Assembly (NCBI GenBank): GCA_039096225.1
Contig: JBBPEB010000027.1
Span: forward strand, 744,001 to 808,000
From: Blastocystis sp. Blastoise
Lineage: Eukaryota > Protista > Bigyra: Opalinata
Direction of reading: 5' to 3'
Length of the DNA: 64,000 nucleotides
Position 1 is the first letter of the stretch. The number at the start of each line of letters is the position of its first letter. Shown in pieces: positions 39,417 to 63,768 of the stretch. Under the pieces are notes generated by a model that was not told where the DNA came from, searched no databases, and saw only the letters and a program-made list of their open reading frames with translations. The translations under genes and the position numbers were made by a program.

Positions 39417-40736
39417 CTTTTATTATAAAGTGTCAAATAAAAATAAATATGCGTCTTAAAGACTCATCATTTCGATGAACAAGTTTTATTCATTATTCAA
39501 TTATGGAAAATATTCTTCACCATATTGAAGATGATAATTATGAATATATTGATTACTGACCTTTTTCTCATCAGTTTCTTCACTTCTTAAATAAAATAGT
39601 CAGCACAAATCAATTATTTCTATTTGTTTATTCATCCTCAAGTTTTATTAAACTATCCAATAAAAAAGATCTATTTGGATATCCATTCAATATTTACATA
39701 CTATTTATTATTTCCATAGGATATTATATGTATTCTAAGATGTAAGGTTAATATGAAGATATTAAAGTTAGTCTTGTTCAGTGAAGATAAAACGAGTGTG
39801 TTTATTAAACCAGCGGGATTTTTCATTATATCCTACGGATTATTGAACTAATAATCATAGCGATAGCTTTGATAGAAACTAGATCATGAATTATGTAATA
39901 ATAAAAAAGAAAAATCACAAAAAGGAAAATGGCGGGTAAATCGAGTATTTCTTTGTGTTAATAATCATTCCAATGAGTCCTTTTACTTACAGTAAAGGTT
40001 TTATGTATTTAAGATCGAATATATTCAAAAATAGAAAGTCTTTTTTATTGATTATACCACAAGAAGCACAGTTGAATTCTAATTTGATATGATTCTGAAT
40101 TAAAGTGTATGTGGAAAATAAATGAAGCTTCATAACATGAATATAAAATAAATTTTCATGAAATCTATTCTTATTTTTATTGTAAATTGCCTACCAATAT
40201 CTAGTATTAAGCAAATAATTATTGTATATTTTTTGAGATGTATAGAATAAAAATCAATTTCCTTTTTTTCTGATCAATCTGATCTAGACTCATAAATTTC
40301 TTTAATATTGATGCTCTTAGAATCCTTGTATTCCACTGATGATAAAATATATTTTTTTATGAATAAAAAGTAGGTAAATTGAGATGTTTAAAAATAAATA
40401 GAATATTTTAATCAAAAAAATAATATTTTTTTGGTTTTTATAAAAAAATGTAAGTAAAAATTGATTGTTGTGTATCACATATCAGCGCATAATTGAAAAA
40501 CAAATCAAACAATATATACTACATAGCAAAAGTGAATTTTAGTAATAATGTAATGCAATTATATAAATAAAATTAACAAAGAATCACAAATAATGTTTGT
40601 GTTCATAATAACTAACATACTTGTGATTACTGTAGAAGTATATTGAATATAAAAAAAATAAGACTGAGAAGAATTGTCTATTTTAAGCTGTTTAAGATTG
40701 ATATACAGGTACAGGATCAATTTCAGGAATAGTACT

Positions 40737-42109
40737 CTATTGTTGAATATCTATATATATATTACATATCTATTAGATTAATAATAAATATGTATATATT
40801 AAGAATAAAACAGAATATATACTTTTTGAGGGGAGAAGAGAATCTTCTTTGTGAAAGAGTGCTTTAAACTTAGACTTCAAACAAATACTGATACTGAGTA
40901 GTATAATAATTTCAATACCAATACAAATAAGAGCTATATGACGTAATATATATTTTATATTTTCTTGATCATTCTTTGACTCACCGAAACACCTAAAGAC
41001 ATATATATATATAACATATAATATATAATATACATGAAATGGAAATAGAAAAAGAATTATATATAATATAATATAATAATATAATAATAATATAACAAAA
41101 TAAAAAAATACATATAATAATATATAATATATATAATATATACTCAGCACCATTAGAAGAATAAGAACACCCATTAGTTATATCACTAGCAATAATAGAA
41201 GGATCATCATAAAAGCGAATAAAATAACTAATAGTGTCAGAAGGAAAACTATAATATGTTTCTGGTTCCCAACCACCATCATGATAATTACAGCCTATTC
41301 CTTGTATTCCATGTAAGGGAAGGGTTCTATATATAGTTGATTGTTTAATATATATGCATTTATATATATATGATAGTATAAAACTATAATAATAAACATA
41401 AAAAAAATAATAAATATGGTGACTATATATATTGATAAAAAAAATAATAATAAACATAATAAATATAATTATATTATTTATACGAAGGAATATCTAATTG
41501 ATAGCCATCATTAGTATTAATAACTCTATAGCATGCATTCGCTAAGTAAAGTGTAGCGTAACATAAAACACCATTCCATTTTCCATTCTTTACTTCACAT
41601 TTTATAGAACAATCTTTTGTGGTACCATCACAATCAAGATCTGAAGCAGTAAATATAAAATCTTTTATTGTCTCAACGGATCTATTGAAAATCATTTGAC
41701 CATTATTATACACTGTTATATTATTATCAATATAAATACCAGCTTTTATCATATAATAAAACGGTTTGACTGAAGTACATCCTTCAGCAGGATCACCTTC
41801 TTCATGGCAGGAGTCACGAACAGGCCAATAATCACCATCAGGACTATCGATTGTATGTACTTTTATTGGACTGCTACCTATCGTTAAACTCATTGAACTA
41901 TTCGTAAAGATATCTCTATCCTTATTCTTCCAGTCAGAAACTAATTCGTTGTACTTTTCTATCTTTAAAGCTCTTTCATTCGGTCCAAAATTCAAAAACA
42001 AACTGCAAATCAAAACCACAGGAGGGAGGATAAACAAACAAATAACCAAGAACCAACAACAACATGTCCTCATTTGACATGGCTTTTCATTTTTTTCAGC
42101 CTTATCCAT
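40737..42109 (-). CDS. Two-TM protein with Cys-rich ectodomain, paralog 3 (first stop TAG at 40737; frame continues to TAA at 40692)
   Basis: YWPVRDSCHEEGDPAEGC; GIGCNYHDGGWEPETY; IRFYDDPSIIASDITNGCSYSS; CFG; TM. Confidence 0.85.
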
Positions 42110-42693
42110 TATTATTGAATACAAAAATTTATATAATAAATAATATTTATAAATACTTATGAAATCTAAGGAATCAGATCTGTTGAGATTTTTTAAACTG
42201 AAACCTTTTGGTTCGACTATCTACAGTAAAGTAATACCATGTATACTAAGAAACATATACAAATCATCAATTTCTGTGATTACTTTTCAAAAGAATGGTT
42301 TCCTTTCAAAATTATTGGTTTTCCATATTACTAAAGACTCTATAACTGGTTTCTCTAAAGTCATTTGCCAATTAAACAAAAAGAAAAAAGAGAAACTTTT
42401 CATCTCCATGAAAATCAACTGACTACTTTCTGTTTGAAATTTCATACCTCATTTCTTCTATTCATTTTAATCTCAATTTTTGTATAAACTTTATAAATCA
42501 ATAGTTTTTGTTTGAATGAATTATGTTGATTTAGTTAGATTATTAGGAATAAAACCGACTTTGTAAAAAAAAAATAAATGAAATAAATTTCATAATACAA
42601 ATCAAAGCAAAAAAATAATATAAATATACATATACTAAATATTATATATGTAAATCAAAAATAATCTAAAAAATATTTAAAAAAAAATATTTT

Positions 42694-44264
42694 TTACTTG
42701 AATAAATCTTCAAAATCAACTTCACTATCTTCATCTTCATCTTCTTCTTTTTTCGTTTCAGCTATAATAAAAATTATTTAAATTAATTAATATATAATAA
42801 ATAAATAAATAAAATACGAGCATCAATATCAATTAGATCTTCTTCAGAATCACTTTCTTGTTGAATTGTTTCTCCAGGATATATTTGAATAGTACTTACA
42901 TCAATTTCTGGTTTTTTATAAGCAAGCAATAATTGAATTAAACTTTCTTTTAATAATTTACATAAATCAATAGAACTTGATGTTATTTTACTAGCATCAG
43001 GACTTGCTAATAATTCTACAATACGTACGAGAAATTGAGCACAATAGTCTTCTTCGCCATCTAATATCTATTTATAGAATATATATATATATTATTTATT
43101 TTAAAATTTTATATAATAAAAGAAAATACATATAAAATATTAATATTAATAATAATAATAATATATATATATATATTTCTTGTTTTTCTTCTGATAATTC
43201 ATGATTAGCATTCTTTCTCTGAAGAAGTCCTCTCATTCTTGACATATGATACTGAACTTCATGCAATTCATGCTCTATTTTTGCATTCGGATTTGTAAAA
43301 CCTTAATATAATTATGTATATATTTATATTTGTGAAAAAAATATTGTATACATATTATAATAAATAAATTTATATATAAAAAAGAATATATAAAATAGAA
43401 TATAACTAAAATATTTAAAAAAATAGAATACAAAAAAAAAGAATATTAATAGAATTCAAAAAAAAAAATAGAATATAAATAAAAAATAAATAAAAAATAA
43501 ATTAAAAAAAAAATATATATATATAAACATACGAATATTTCCTTTTTGTCCATAATCCGAAACAGCTTTTGCATTTTCGCTTAAAACAGGATCAAAAATA
43601 CTGACTGATTCTTCCTCAGGAAATTCAATACTTCTATTAATTAATGTTTTATACATACTTCCAAATAATCTAAATTCTTTTTTATAAGGTAAATAAGATA
43701 ATGCTAATTCTTGAATTAATTTTTGAGCTTGCTCAGCATTTTCTGTAAACTAAATAAAAAATAATATACATAATAAATAAAGAGTATAATCGATTAATAA
43801 ATAAACTATAAATATAAATCAAAATAATAATAATAATAATCAATAGATAAATGCCTACTCTTGTTCCTACAGCAATCTGGAATATATTATTTAGAAAATC
43901 TTTATCATGAATCAATTTATGAAAACTATAAACACAATTCTTTTCTAATGACTCAAGAAGAGTTAAAGCTAAAGAAACTATCTTAGGATTCTTTCCATCT
44001 AAACGTTTCGCTAGTTCATCTACTATTTCCTTCTTGAAATCGTTATCACTAAAGAGAAAAAACAATGAAATTGCATATAGAAAATATATAATTCTGTAAA
44101 AAAAAACATATAATTCAGTATAAAAGCATACCCTTGATTCACTCGATCACATAATTCCATGTTTTTCGTCCAATCAGGTTCAATTAAATCTTGATTTGTA
44201 CATTCATATACTAACTATATTCAAATTTGATATTCAAATTATAAAACACATATACTTGAGCCAT
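42694..44264 (-). CDS. VHS-domain protein, TOM1-like
   Basis: MAQLVYECTNQDLIEPDWTKNMELCDRVN...LAKRLDGKNPKIVSLALTLLESLEKNC (VHS); YKTLINRSIEFP; helical GAT-like region; acidic tail with a clathrin-box-like LIDID. Confidence 0.85.
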
Positions 44265-45690
44265 TTTGAAGTCTATATATAATGATTGTCTTTTATTTAG
44301 TAAAGTGATTCCTTTCTTTTCCTTTCTTTTTCTTAATAGATATTCAGTTCCGATGAAAAAAAAATTGTATACAGAAAAAAGAAAAGATTATCTTGGGAAT
44401 AATCGCAATTCTTCTCTTAGGTTTCTTGCTCATTCATTGGCTTATAAACTATTTTAAAACATTTCTATTTGCCAAGAGAAATTGACTAAGTGCGCATCCC
44501 ATACCATTTTTACGTTAACTTTGCGCGGTGATTTTATTGGCTAATTAGACTTTAACCAATCAGATTTATAATAATTCTTCTTTCATTTTTGCATTATTTA
44601 TCATATGAAAGATGTTCTATAAGAACTTGACTATTTTCTATAAGAACTTGACCTTCATCGTTTTTTTTGTCAAGTAACCCTTATATTCGATCGTCGAATT
44701 CTATTCTTATTGATAACTCAAAATAATTTTCTATTGGTTGTTATTATTCAAGTTATTTATCGATTTATTATAGTTATTTTATATTATTTAACTTCTATTT
44801 TTACACGAATAAAGTTTTTACTTATAACTTATTACTATTTATAAATATTAGAGTAAACAGAATTCGCATTAACGATTTTTCAAAATAATTCTGATTGCTA
44901 TTAATTGTAGCATTTTTTGTAAATGAAATATTATCATAACATCGTAGTTATTAACCTTTGAGAGCTATGATATTTTAAAACGAAATTTATAAATAATTAA
45001 TAATTAAATAGAAATAATTAAATAGAAATATTTTTTTTATTAAGTGGTGTTACTTAAAAAAATAAATATTGTTAAAATATTTTTTGTTAACTACTTTAAA
45101 TGCTGTAATGAATACATTATTAGTATTTGAAAAATATTGTGACGAGACATAGTAATGCACATGAATTATATATTCTATGTTTCAAATTCATATTATATTC
45201 AGTATTGGATAGCTATTACAACTATAAATAGGTAAAAAGGAATTTAATAAGACTTTTAAAAAGAAGATTAGTTTATAATTCACTGGTTTATTGTTTTGAT
45301 GTTGTTTATTTATCATGAGTTACCACAATATAGTTATAAGACAATAATCATAATTGTTATTATTAGAAATTTCACTTAATGATACATGATTAACGCATTC
45401 TCTTTTATGTCAAGTATTAAACACAGATTCTGTTTTGTTTACACCATAAAAATGTCTATATATTTGATTAAACCATTTTTATAAAATAACAATAGACAAA
45501 AATACGCTTTTATTCAAAATTAATACACTACATAAATATTAGTAAAACTATATCTATTTTTCTTATTTATAAATGATTATATAAATATATATATCTCATA
45601 GAGTGATATATATATATGGAAGTATTATATACTTTCCTAAGAAGATAAATATAACAGTTTCAATATCAAATTTATTAGAAGATCTATAAA

Positions 45691-45757
45691 TACTTAAGTC
45701 AGGAATTGAACCTGAAAAGAGTCTGATGAGACTATTCCTTACCATAAAAGCTTAAGT
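45691..45757 (-). ncRNA. Atypical tRNA-like cloverleaf (copy 2, in the MULE)
   Basis: ACTTAAG-CTTT TATGGT AAGG-A-ATAGTCT CATC AGACTCT-TT-TCAGG TTCAATT CCTGA-CTTAAGT-A. Perfect 7-bp acceptor stem and T-arm; 4-nt loop in place of an anticodon loop. Confidence 0.7.
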
Positions 45758-45758
45758 A

Positions 45759-45801
<43 letters not shown>

Positions 45802-45959
45802 TAATAATATAATATGAGTTAGAGTTATTATTATATATCTGCATATATATATTAACTGTAATGATAAGTAACTTAATAGCATAAAATCTTATATATATAT
45901 ATATGATATCATAACCAATATGTAATAATAAAATGTTTTCCTAACATGACAACTTATAT

Positions 45960-48070
<2,111 letters not shown>

Positions 48071-49301
48071 AATAATAAGATAACAAATATATATATATAT
48101 ATATATACATTAATATTAATTAACTGATAACCATATAACCTATATATATATAATTATAGCATAATATAATAAAAATAATAATATATTACAAGATAACATA
48201 TGTATAATAAAAAATAAATAAACTATTCTTTAAAAAAAATAAACATGAATAAATGATTGAAAATATTTACAAAACAATATATATAGACAATAAATAGAGA
48301 GAATAAATTAAATAAATAAAATACATAGAAATGCGCAATGTGCACAAAAAAAAAGATAATACATTAAAAAATTATATATAATTTAATAGAAAATGATAAG
48401 TATATACAGGAGAAGAGTAGAAAAAACAACGAAGACGAACAAAAACACAATGGGAGATTTGCAACGTACAAATAGATTATCTTACACCAGAATCAAAACC
48501 ACACACACAGCATAGAGTTCTAATATTATCAGCAGAACAGAGCCAATCTATATAAAGAAAATAAAAAACACAAGAATCTACATTGTGTTGAATAGTTACA
48601 AACTTACAATTCTGACATTAAGGGATCCATAGGATCATACTACTTAAAAAACAAGGCCATAACAACGCTATGAGAAATTAGTTGATAAATAAAAGAAAAT
48701 ATAATAACCACTAAAAATTAGTTTGAGTTATCAGTAAGAAATTTTCAAACTCTTTAATAACTCATTTTTAGTAAATTCTAATAGAATTCTATGAATTTAA
48801 TTAGCAAATTATTTCATTTCGACTTCTTTACTTAAAATGATTGGCTAAATATTAAATTTTGTTCCTAAAAATCAATTACTTTCGAATAGAATTCGACGAT
48901 CGAATATAAGGGTTACTTGACAAAAAAAACGATGAAGGTCAAGTTCTTATAGAAAATAGTCAAGTTCTTATAGAACATCTTTCATATGATAAATAATGCA
49001 AAAATGAAAGAAGAATTATTATAAATCTGATTGGTTAAAGTCTAATTAGCCAATAAAATCACCGCGCAAAGTTAACGTAAAAATGGTATGGGATGCGCAC
49101 TTAGTCAATTTCTCATTTGCCAACGATAATCCAGCAAGTATTTTTGGATCATTTTAAACATGTTTCAGCCATTTTCAGTCTTAATATGTATTTAAAAATA
49201 GTTTTATTGTTTTTATTTAGCAATTCTATTGTTTTTGATTTTTATCCATTAATTGTGTGCACAGATTGCTTTAATTCATAAGTGTATAACATAAATTAAG
49301 A

Positions 49302-56174
<6,873 letters not shown>

Positions 56175-56829
56175 TTTTTATTTTTATTTAATAATAAATT
56201 TTTAATATATAAATGTATATATTTCTTTTAAATATATCCTTCTCTCTTTATTTTTGTAAACTTTTCACGTGTATATATTCATTATTTCTTATTCATACTA
56301 TTTATATAATTTTAAATTGAATATTATTTTTCTTCTTTTTATCAGTCCATTTAACATATATATATATATATGCATTTTTCTATTTTTCTTTGCTTCCTGT
56401 CTTTCATAATGTGATTATTATTTTAACTTTTAAAAATTATTCTCTTGTTTGTTATCTATATTTATTAGTATATTATTTATAATAATAATATTATTATTCT
56501 TCATACATTTTCATGCTATTTGCTTTCTTTTAAGAATGTATACAGTATTTCTTTTATATGTATATATAATTTTTTTTTATATTTATAAAATAATGAATAT
56601 TCATATAATTCATTACTAGTTTATGGATATATTCTATATATATAAACAAAATAAAAGTATTTATTTTATCTAATTGCTGTTCATATATAATTATACTAAT
56701 AATAATAATAATAATAATAACGTTATGGCATAGAATAGTTGTAGTTAGTATCAATAAAATAAAACAAAACATTTATAATCATTATATAAAAACCCGACTT
56801 ATTTTCAATTATATATTATATATTAAAGA

Positions 56830-57800
56830 TTAACACGGTACCAAATCGATTCATCATCTCCGTACGGAGGTGGTAAACTAAATCGAATTCTATTCGAGTC
56901 TGGACTGACATCTGTGACTTTTATAGCAACACGTGACCCCAATGGTGGGAAATTATAAGTAGGAATTTTTAGTATTATTCCTATATATATATAATATATT
57001 ATTTTACTAAAACTTTATTAATTGTCATATAAAAAATAATATATATATATACTTAAATCTTCAACATAAAGAGATAACATTGATGAACGAGGCCTATATA
57101 TATTATATTATATATATTATATTATATATATTATATTATATTATATATGTTAAACATATACGAGACTGCTTCAAGAGAAGCGATAGCAGCTGATAAAACA
57201 ATTCCATTCATTTGATTGGATATTGATGAAATAGTATTTTCTGATGAAACTACTGGCTTTTCTTCTTTTGATTCTGAATCTATATTGTTTTTTAATGATG
57301 GAATAGTATTCTTTCTATTTAAAACGGATTCTAACTGCTTTAATAATAACCATGTTCCATAATGTTTCTGTAGTCTTTTTGCTTCGCGTTCTCTTTCAAA
57401 TGATTCTTTACATATATATGTTATATCTTCTTCAGAATAGGGCAATGGCTCTCCATAAAGGAATGCTTTCAATTGACGATGAGAAATCATATCATTATAT
57501 CGACGCAAAGGAGACGTTATCTATATATATATAATAATAATATACATATATAATAATATAAAATATATAATATATATATATATATAATATCTATATATAT
57601 AATAATATAATAATATATATATTACTTGAACATATTCATTTAAGCCTAAAGAGGCGTGCATTTCCGCGGGGGGAGTTGCAGAAATAGCAGAAGGTGGAGA
57701 AATCATCAGTGTCATATAATCATATAAATAAGAATGTAATTTGTACGAAGAGTATAGAGAGTAAATAGAATTAAGAAAGTTTATATATATATATATATAA

Positions 57801-57889
<89 letters not shown>

Positions 57890-58000
57890 AACTTAACAAT
57901 ATATAATGAATCAAAATAATCACGGGGATATCTTCATAAATCGAATATCATTGGGTGCCAATCGTGTATTAAAATCTTGAAATCGATATGGAAGCGGTAT

Positions 58001-58043
<43 letters not shown>

Positions 58044-60355
58044 TTTAAATAAAAAATGAACCTATTCAAATTAAACATAATATACAAACATATATATATA
58101 TATACATGTTCTTTTCCAAATTTTCCTGCCACTTCTCCCGCTAAAATCATCATTTCTTTCACTACTAATTGAGCCTATATATAATAATATATAATACTAT
58201 AATTCACATAATAATATAAATAATATATAAGTATAATTGCATGTATACTTTTGAATATGTATTTTCTTTGCCTATAGTCCCCGTGATAGCGTCTCCCGTG
58301 GTTTTTATATCTAAATTAGGGATATTATAATCGATAGCTCCCCGTTCTTCTCTATATATCTTTCTTCTTAATGCATATGTATATAATGTATTTAATAAAT
58401 TATTCTTTATGGAATTCGATATTGGGGGACTACACCACGTGTTCTTAGGTATATCACATGATTTTTTAGTTGATTCTGGAATAGTATTTTTCTCTTTATT
58501 AGAAAATAATTTTTGGAAATTCTGAGAATACAAATATTGTTCTGAATCTGAAACGGCAGTCAATTGTGTGTTTTCTATAGAATTTAATGAATCTTTAATT
58601 CCTTCATTGATTGGTTGTTGTGAAATAGTATTCCCAAGTATTTGATTTGCTTCTTCATAAGTCATTCGCTCAACATTATATAATAATGAAGTATATAATT
58701 GATATTTATATATAGATCCATCTTCATTCAAATCGACTTGTATAGTAAATCCAGCAGGAACAGAAACTATATATATAGCAATAATATTAATAATATATAT
58801 AATGGTAATATTATTATATAAAATAAAATACAAACATATATACTTGTATCTTTAGAGAGAGAAGAAATAGCCGAAAGAGACTCAGGAAATAAATAATGAA
58901 CTATATATATATATATATAAACACTATTTTTATTAAATGATTATTCATAAGAACATAAGATGATAAGATTATAAGATTATAAGATTATATATATATATAT
59001 ACCTTGATTGGGCATAAATAAAGTAGCTCCTCTTATTTGTGCTTCAATATCCGCGGGGGAATTTGGTTGTATATAGAGTGAAGGATCTGCTATATGTATT
59101 AATATACTATTATTATATACAGATATAGCATCATCTATTTCAATTGTCTATATATATATAGTATTATTATTAGATTTAATATAAATAAAGTAATAAATAA
59201 AATAATAAAATAGAATTATTTTAAATCTATTCATCTATATATATATATATACATCTTGACTATCAATAGCTAATGCTTCTATATATATATTTCTTCTTAA
59301 TGATTTATCATATAAACTATCAAGAGATGGTTTAATTGACTCAATTTGAGAAATAACCGCGGGGGAATGTGGTATAAAACCAGGATGCGTTGAATAAAAT
59401 ATTTCTGTAGACACATATGGCGGTATAATTTGGAGGGAACGAAGAAGTGTAGATGCCTATATTTATAAATATAAATAGATGCAAAAATACAACTAAAAAT
59501 ATATATATATATATATAAAACTATAAACAAATATATAATTAATATATATATATACAGCTGCATTTGTAAATAATTGATTTGGAAATAATGATTGAAGTAT
59601 AATTTTATTAACTAAATATAATGATGAATTGGTCTATATATATAAACATATATATATTAATTGCTAAGGAAATTATAGATATAATATATATATATATACT
59701 TCAATTTCATTAGGAGTACATTGAGATAGTATTCTTAAGCACGTGTATATTGACGAATAATAATTCTTTCTTTCATTATAAAACGTTTCCTATATAATAT
59801 TATATATATAATAATAATATTATTATTTATAATAGTATGTATACTGAATGAATCGAGTATTCTTTTAGAAATTCCTGGCAGCTATATATATATATATATA
59901 TATATTGTTAAAGAAAAGTATATATTAATATTATTATTATATACAGTTGTGGAGTGACTTGAAGATTAAACGTTGAAAGAATTGTATTCATATAATTTAT
60001 ATAGGATAATTTATATAGAGGAACCTATATAATATTAAGAATAATAAATAACAATAATAAATTTTATTCATAAAATTTATAGATAGAGGAATCTATATAA
60101 TAAAAAAAAAAGAATAATAATAATAAATTCTATTCATATAATATATATAAGGATCTATATAATAAGAATAATGAATAATAATGAATACTTCCATGATTGC
60201 TCAAAAGATCATAAAAAACATCATATTTATAATAAAAAAATATTTTAGTTAAATAATACATATATATACATCTTCTTTTCGATGACATTTATATATAGAT
60301 GGAGAAATAAGAGAAGAAGAAAGACATTGAAAGAAAGAAGGGGAATAAGTTAATA

Positions 60356-60391
<36 letters not shown>

Positions 60392-61218
60392 AAACTTTAT
60401 TTATATATATAAAGATTATTTACTAAAAATATAATAATACTAAAAAAATTATTTCTATTAAAAAAATAGCTAAAAATATTATGATAGAAGGCTTATTCAT
60501 AAATAGAATTTACTTACTTAAAACTATAATAATAAAGAATAATATATAAATATATATATATACTCTATTAATAGCTATAAGACAAATTAGTTCTTCATAA
60601 TTTTTAAACCATTTTTTAGGGCATTTTCGACAGACTTGAGATGCATTAAAAGATGATAAATTATTCATAGTATTATATATATAAGGACTATAAGCATATA
60701 ATTCCTGAACTAATTTTTCTGATTCTCTTTGTAAATAAAATAAATCAAAATTCTCAAATTTATAAGGCTTTGGTAAGGGTAAAGAAATAAAACATTCTAA
60801 AGGATAAAAAGGTACCTATATATATAGAGAGAGAAAACAAATTAGTTTTTAATGTATATGAAATTAATGAATTATTTAAATTGAAACACTTTTAGAAAAT
60901 CCAATATTCCAATAAAAAAATTGTATATACTTTAAGACTTTTTCCTTCTCCATTTTCGATTAAACATTTGTTTCTTCCATCTTTTGTGATAACACCTTTA
61001 AAAACACAAAGCTCATTCATCCAGAACTTTGTTTTTCTATCAAGTATAGTTCCTTCATCTGGAATCTTATCAATATAGTCATCATCTAAGTCTTCTTCTA
61101 ATGATTTGAAACCAAGATATGTATTCACAGATGTGATAGATCTTATTAAAGGTCTTGAACCACTTTTTAATAATCGTATCAAGGAGAAAACGCCATTTTG
61201 ATGAAGAATTTGGTTCAT
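56830..61218 (-). CDS. RNase II/R (RNB-domain) exoribonuclease, probably mitochondrion-targeted (Dss1-like)
   Basis: AIDSQDTIEIDDAISV...IHIADP; LVVKEMMILAG; HASLGLNEYVQITSPLRRYNDMISHRQLKAFL. Basic/hydroxylated N-terminus FSLIRLLKSGSRPLIRSITSV. Confidence 0.9.
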
Positions 61219-61571
61219 TCTTTTGTTTTTGTTTTTTTTTTTTACTTAGTATATGCCTTTTATAAACCAGATCTATTAATAAATGTTCAATTCACGCTTT
61301 ATCTATATTAAAAATCAAAAAAATATTTTTGTACGCCTTTTCCCGATCCCGCGATTTTATGTAATATTCTGACCTATCATCGTTTTCTCATGCTCTATCT
61401 CAATTCCCGCGGAAATAAATTAATTATCTGAGGAGATGTATGATATATCTTGGATTTTTGACTTTAGAAACAAAATAATATACGTATTTTCCATAGATCC
61501 ACCCTACAGAGATTTATGTTTTTAATTTATTTTTATATCTTTATTCATTTTGTATAAAAGGTCCTCAAAAA

Positions 61572-62411
61572 ATGCAAAACGACGAAAAGTTGTTATTTAA
61601 CTATTATTTTGAAGTCAGACTTGAGAAGAACGATTTTGATGATTATAATCCTAAGATTGCTCTTCAATATCCTGATACTGCTTCTCAAAAGCTTCCTCCT
61701 ACACTTGCTGAATTCATTTTCCCTGATGCTAATGAATTCAAACCCATGACAGAATATACTCCGTAATTTTCTATGTTTATCTTGCTTATTATTTTATTTT
61801 AATTATTTACAATTTTTTATAGTGAAGAATATACTGTTGTTTTAACTGGTGATGGTGGTGTCAGATTATATGGTTTTTGTAGAAGATATTTACCCAATGG
61901 TGTTGGTGGCCGATATGATGTTGGTGCTCGTACTCCTATGGTCAGTTGTATTGTTTCTTCTAGACCTTATTTTACTTGCTTCTCTCACATGTTAAAGATT
62001 GTAAACACCATGAATATTGTTGATAGTGAAAAAGTAATTTTTTTTTTAATAAATAATAGTTATTAAAATTCAATTATAGTTTTTTTTTTTAATTCTATAT
62101 ATATATATATATATAGACTGTAGATTTTATAAAAGCTGGTATGGAATGTCCTGTTCCTAAACCTGGTGAGAAATTCAGTATAAAAGGATATAAATTTGAA
62201 CGTCCAATGGATATGGATGCTCCTCTTATTGATGTATATATATATATTATTACTATTATTATTATAATATTTATTATGTTTATTATTATATTTATTATTA
62301 TATTTATTATTATTACTAATATAAATATATATAGATTAAATTGGCACCTCTTGTGTCTAGATTTGATGTCAAAACATTAACTTTAATTTTATCTGCTTTA
62401 ATGTGTGAAAA

Positions 62412-62453
<42 letters not shown>

Positions 62454-62534
62454 ATTATTATTATAGGCGTATTATTTTTGTATCTAAGAGTCTTTCTGTA
62501 TTATCTGAAACTATTCATGCTGCAGTCGCTTCTT

Positions 62535-62578
<44 letters not shown>

Positions 62579-62579
62579 A

Positions 62580-62641
<62 letters not shown>

Positions 62642-63178
62642 GGAATCCCTTTATATGGCATCATGTCTTTGTTCCTATTCTCCCTGCTCCTATGTTAGAT
62701 GTTGCTTCTGCTCCTATGCCATTCCTTATTGGTATCAAAGAAGGACAAAGAAAAGTTATTGCTAAATTACCTTGTGAACCTGTATATATAATATTTATTC
62801 TAATTCATTATTATTATTATATATTTTTTTAAATATATTAGATATTTATTTATTAATATTAATAATATAATTATTATAATATATATAGACTGTATATGTT
62901 AATATTGATGAAGGTACAATTGAAAATCCTGAAGAAGAACCTATTATTGATATATATACAAAGGCTAATGCTCCTACTGTTTCTATGTCCTCAGTAGGTA
63001 AAAATGTTGCTATGCTTGGTAAGAAGATGGGTTATGATATGACAGGATTAAAGAGTGCTATGTCCGCTCTCTCTAGAGTGGGTAATACCATTAAACAAAC
63101 TGTTACTGGTGTTGATCCTGTTGATTTCTTAGTTAGAGCTCTTAAGTATATTATTATTATTAAATATGTTATTAAATA

Positions 63179-63221
<43 letters not shown>

Positions 63222-63502
63222 GTTATGCTAAGGAAATTGCTGTGGGTCGTGCTGTTTTAGAAGAAAAGAGATTATTCTTTAGTTACCTCTCTTTCTTCTG
63301 TAGTATATTTGGTTGTTATAATGATTATATGGCTCCTTCTGCTGATGATGATAGACTTGGTGAAGATGAATTTAGTCGTGAAGATTATTTATATGAATTC
63401 TCTAAAGCTGTTAAAGGACCTCTTAATGATGTATTAAAAGAATTCCAACATTCTCAAATGTTTGAACGTTTTATTGATCCTCGTGTTGTTGTATATATTA
63501 TA

Positions 63503-63544
<42 letters not shown>

Positions 63545-63728
63545 GCATAATATGGAAGATAATCCTGAACATTTTAAGGGTAAAGAACCAGTAGTATTAC
63601 AAGAAGGATTATTTGAAAGAATTGCCGTTATGACTGAAGGCTCTTTCTCTCCTACTGTTGTTAAAGATGCTGTTAGACAATTGTAATTATATACTATTAT
63701 TATTATTTATTGTTTTTTATGTGTTTTA

Positions 63729-63768
<40 letters not shown>

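Noticed and set aside
44174-44185. TCAGGTTCAATT resembling a third T-arm
   Set aside because: No closing CCTGA or other arms; it is the antisense of VHS codons (LIEPDW).
45691-45757. Calling this element tRNA-Met(CAU), or copy 1 a tRNA-Tyr/Leu
   Set aside because: CAT and GTA/TAA do not sit in a 7-nt loop on a 5-bp stem with U33, and the U8-N9 linker is missing, so these are not canonical decoding tRNAs.
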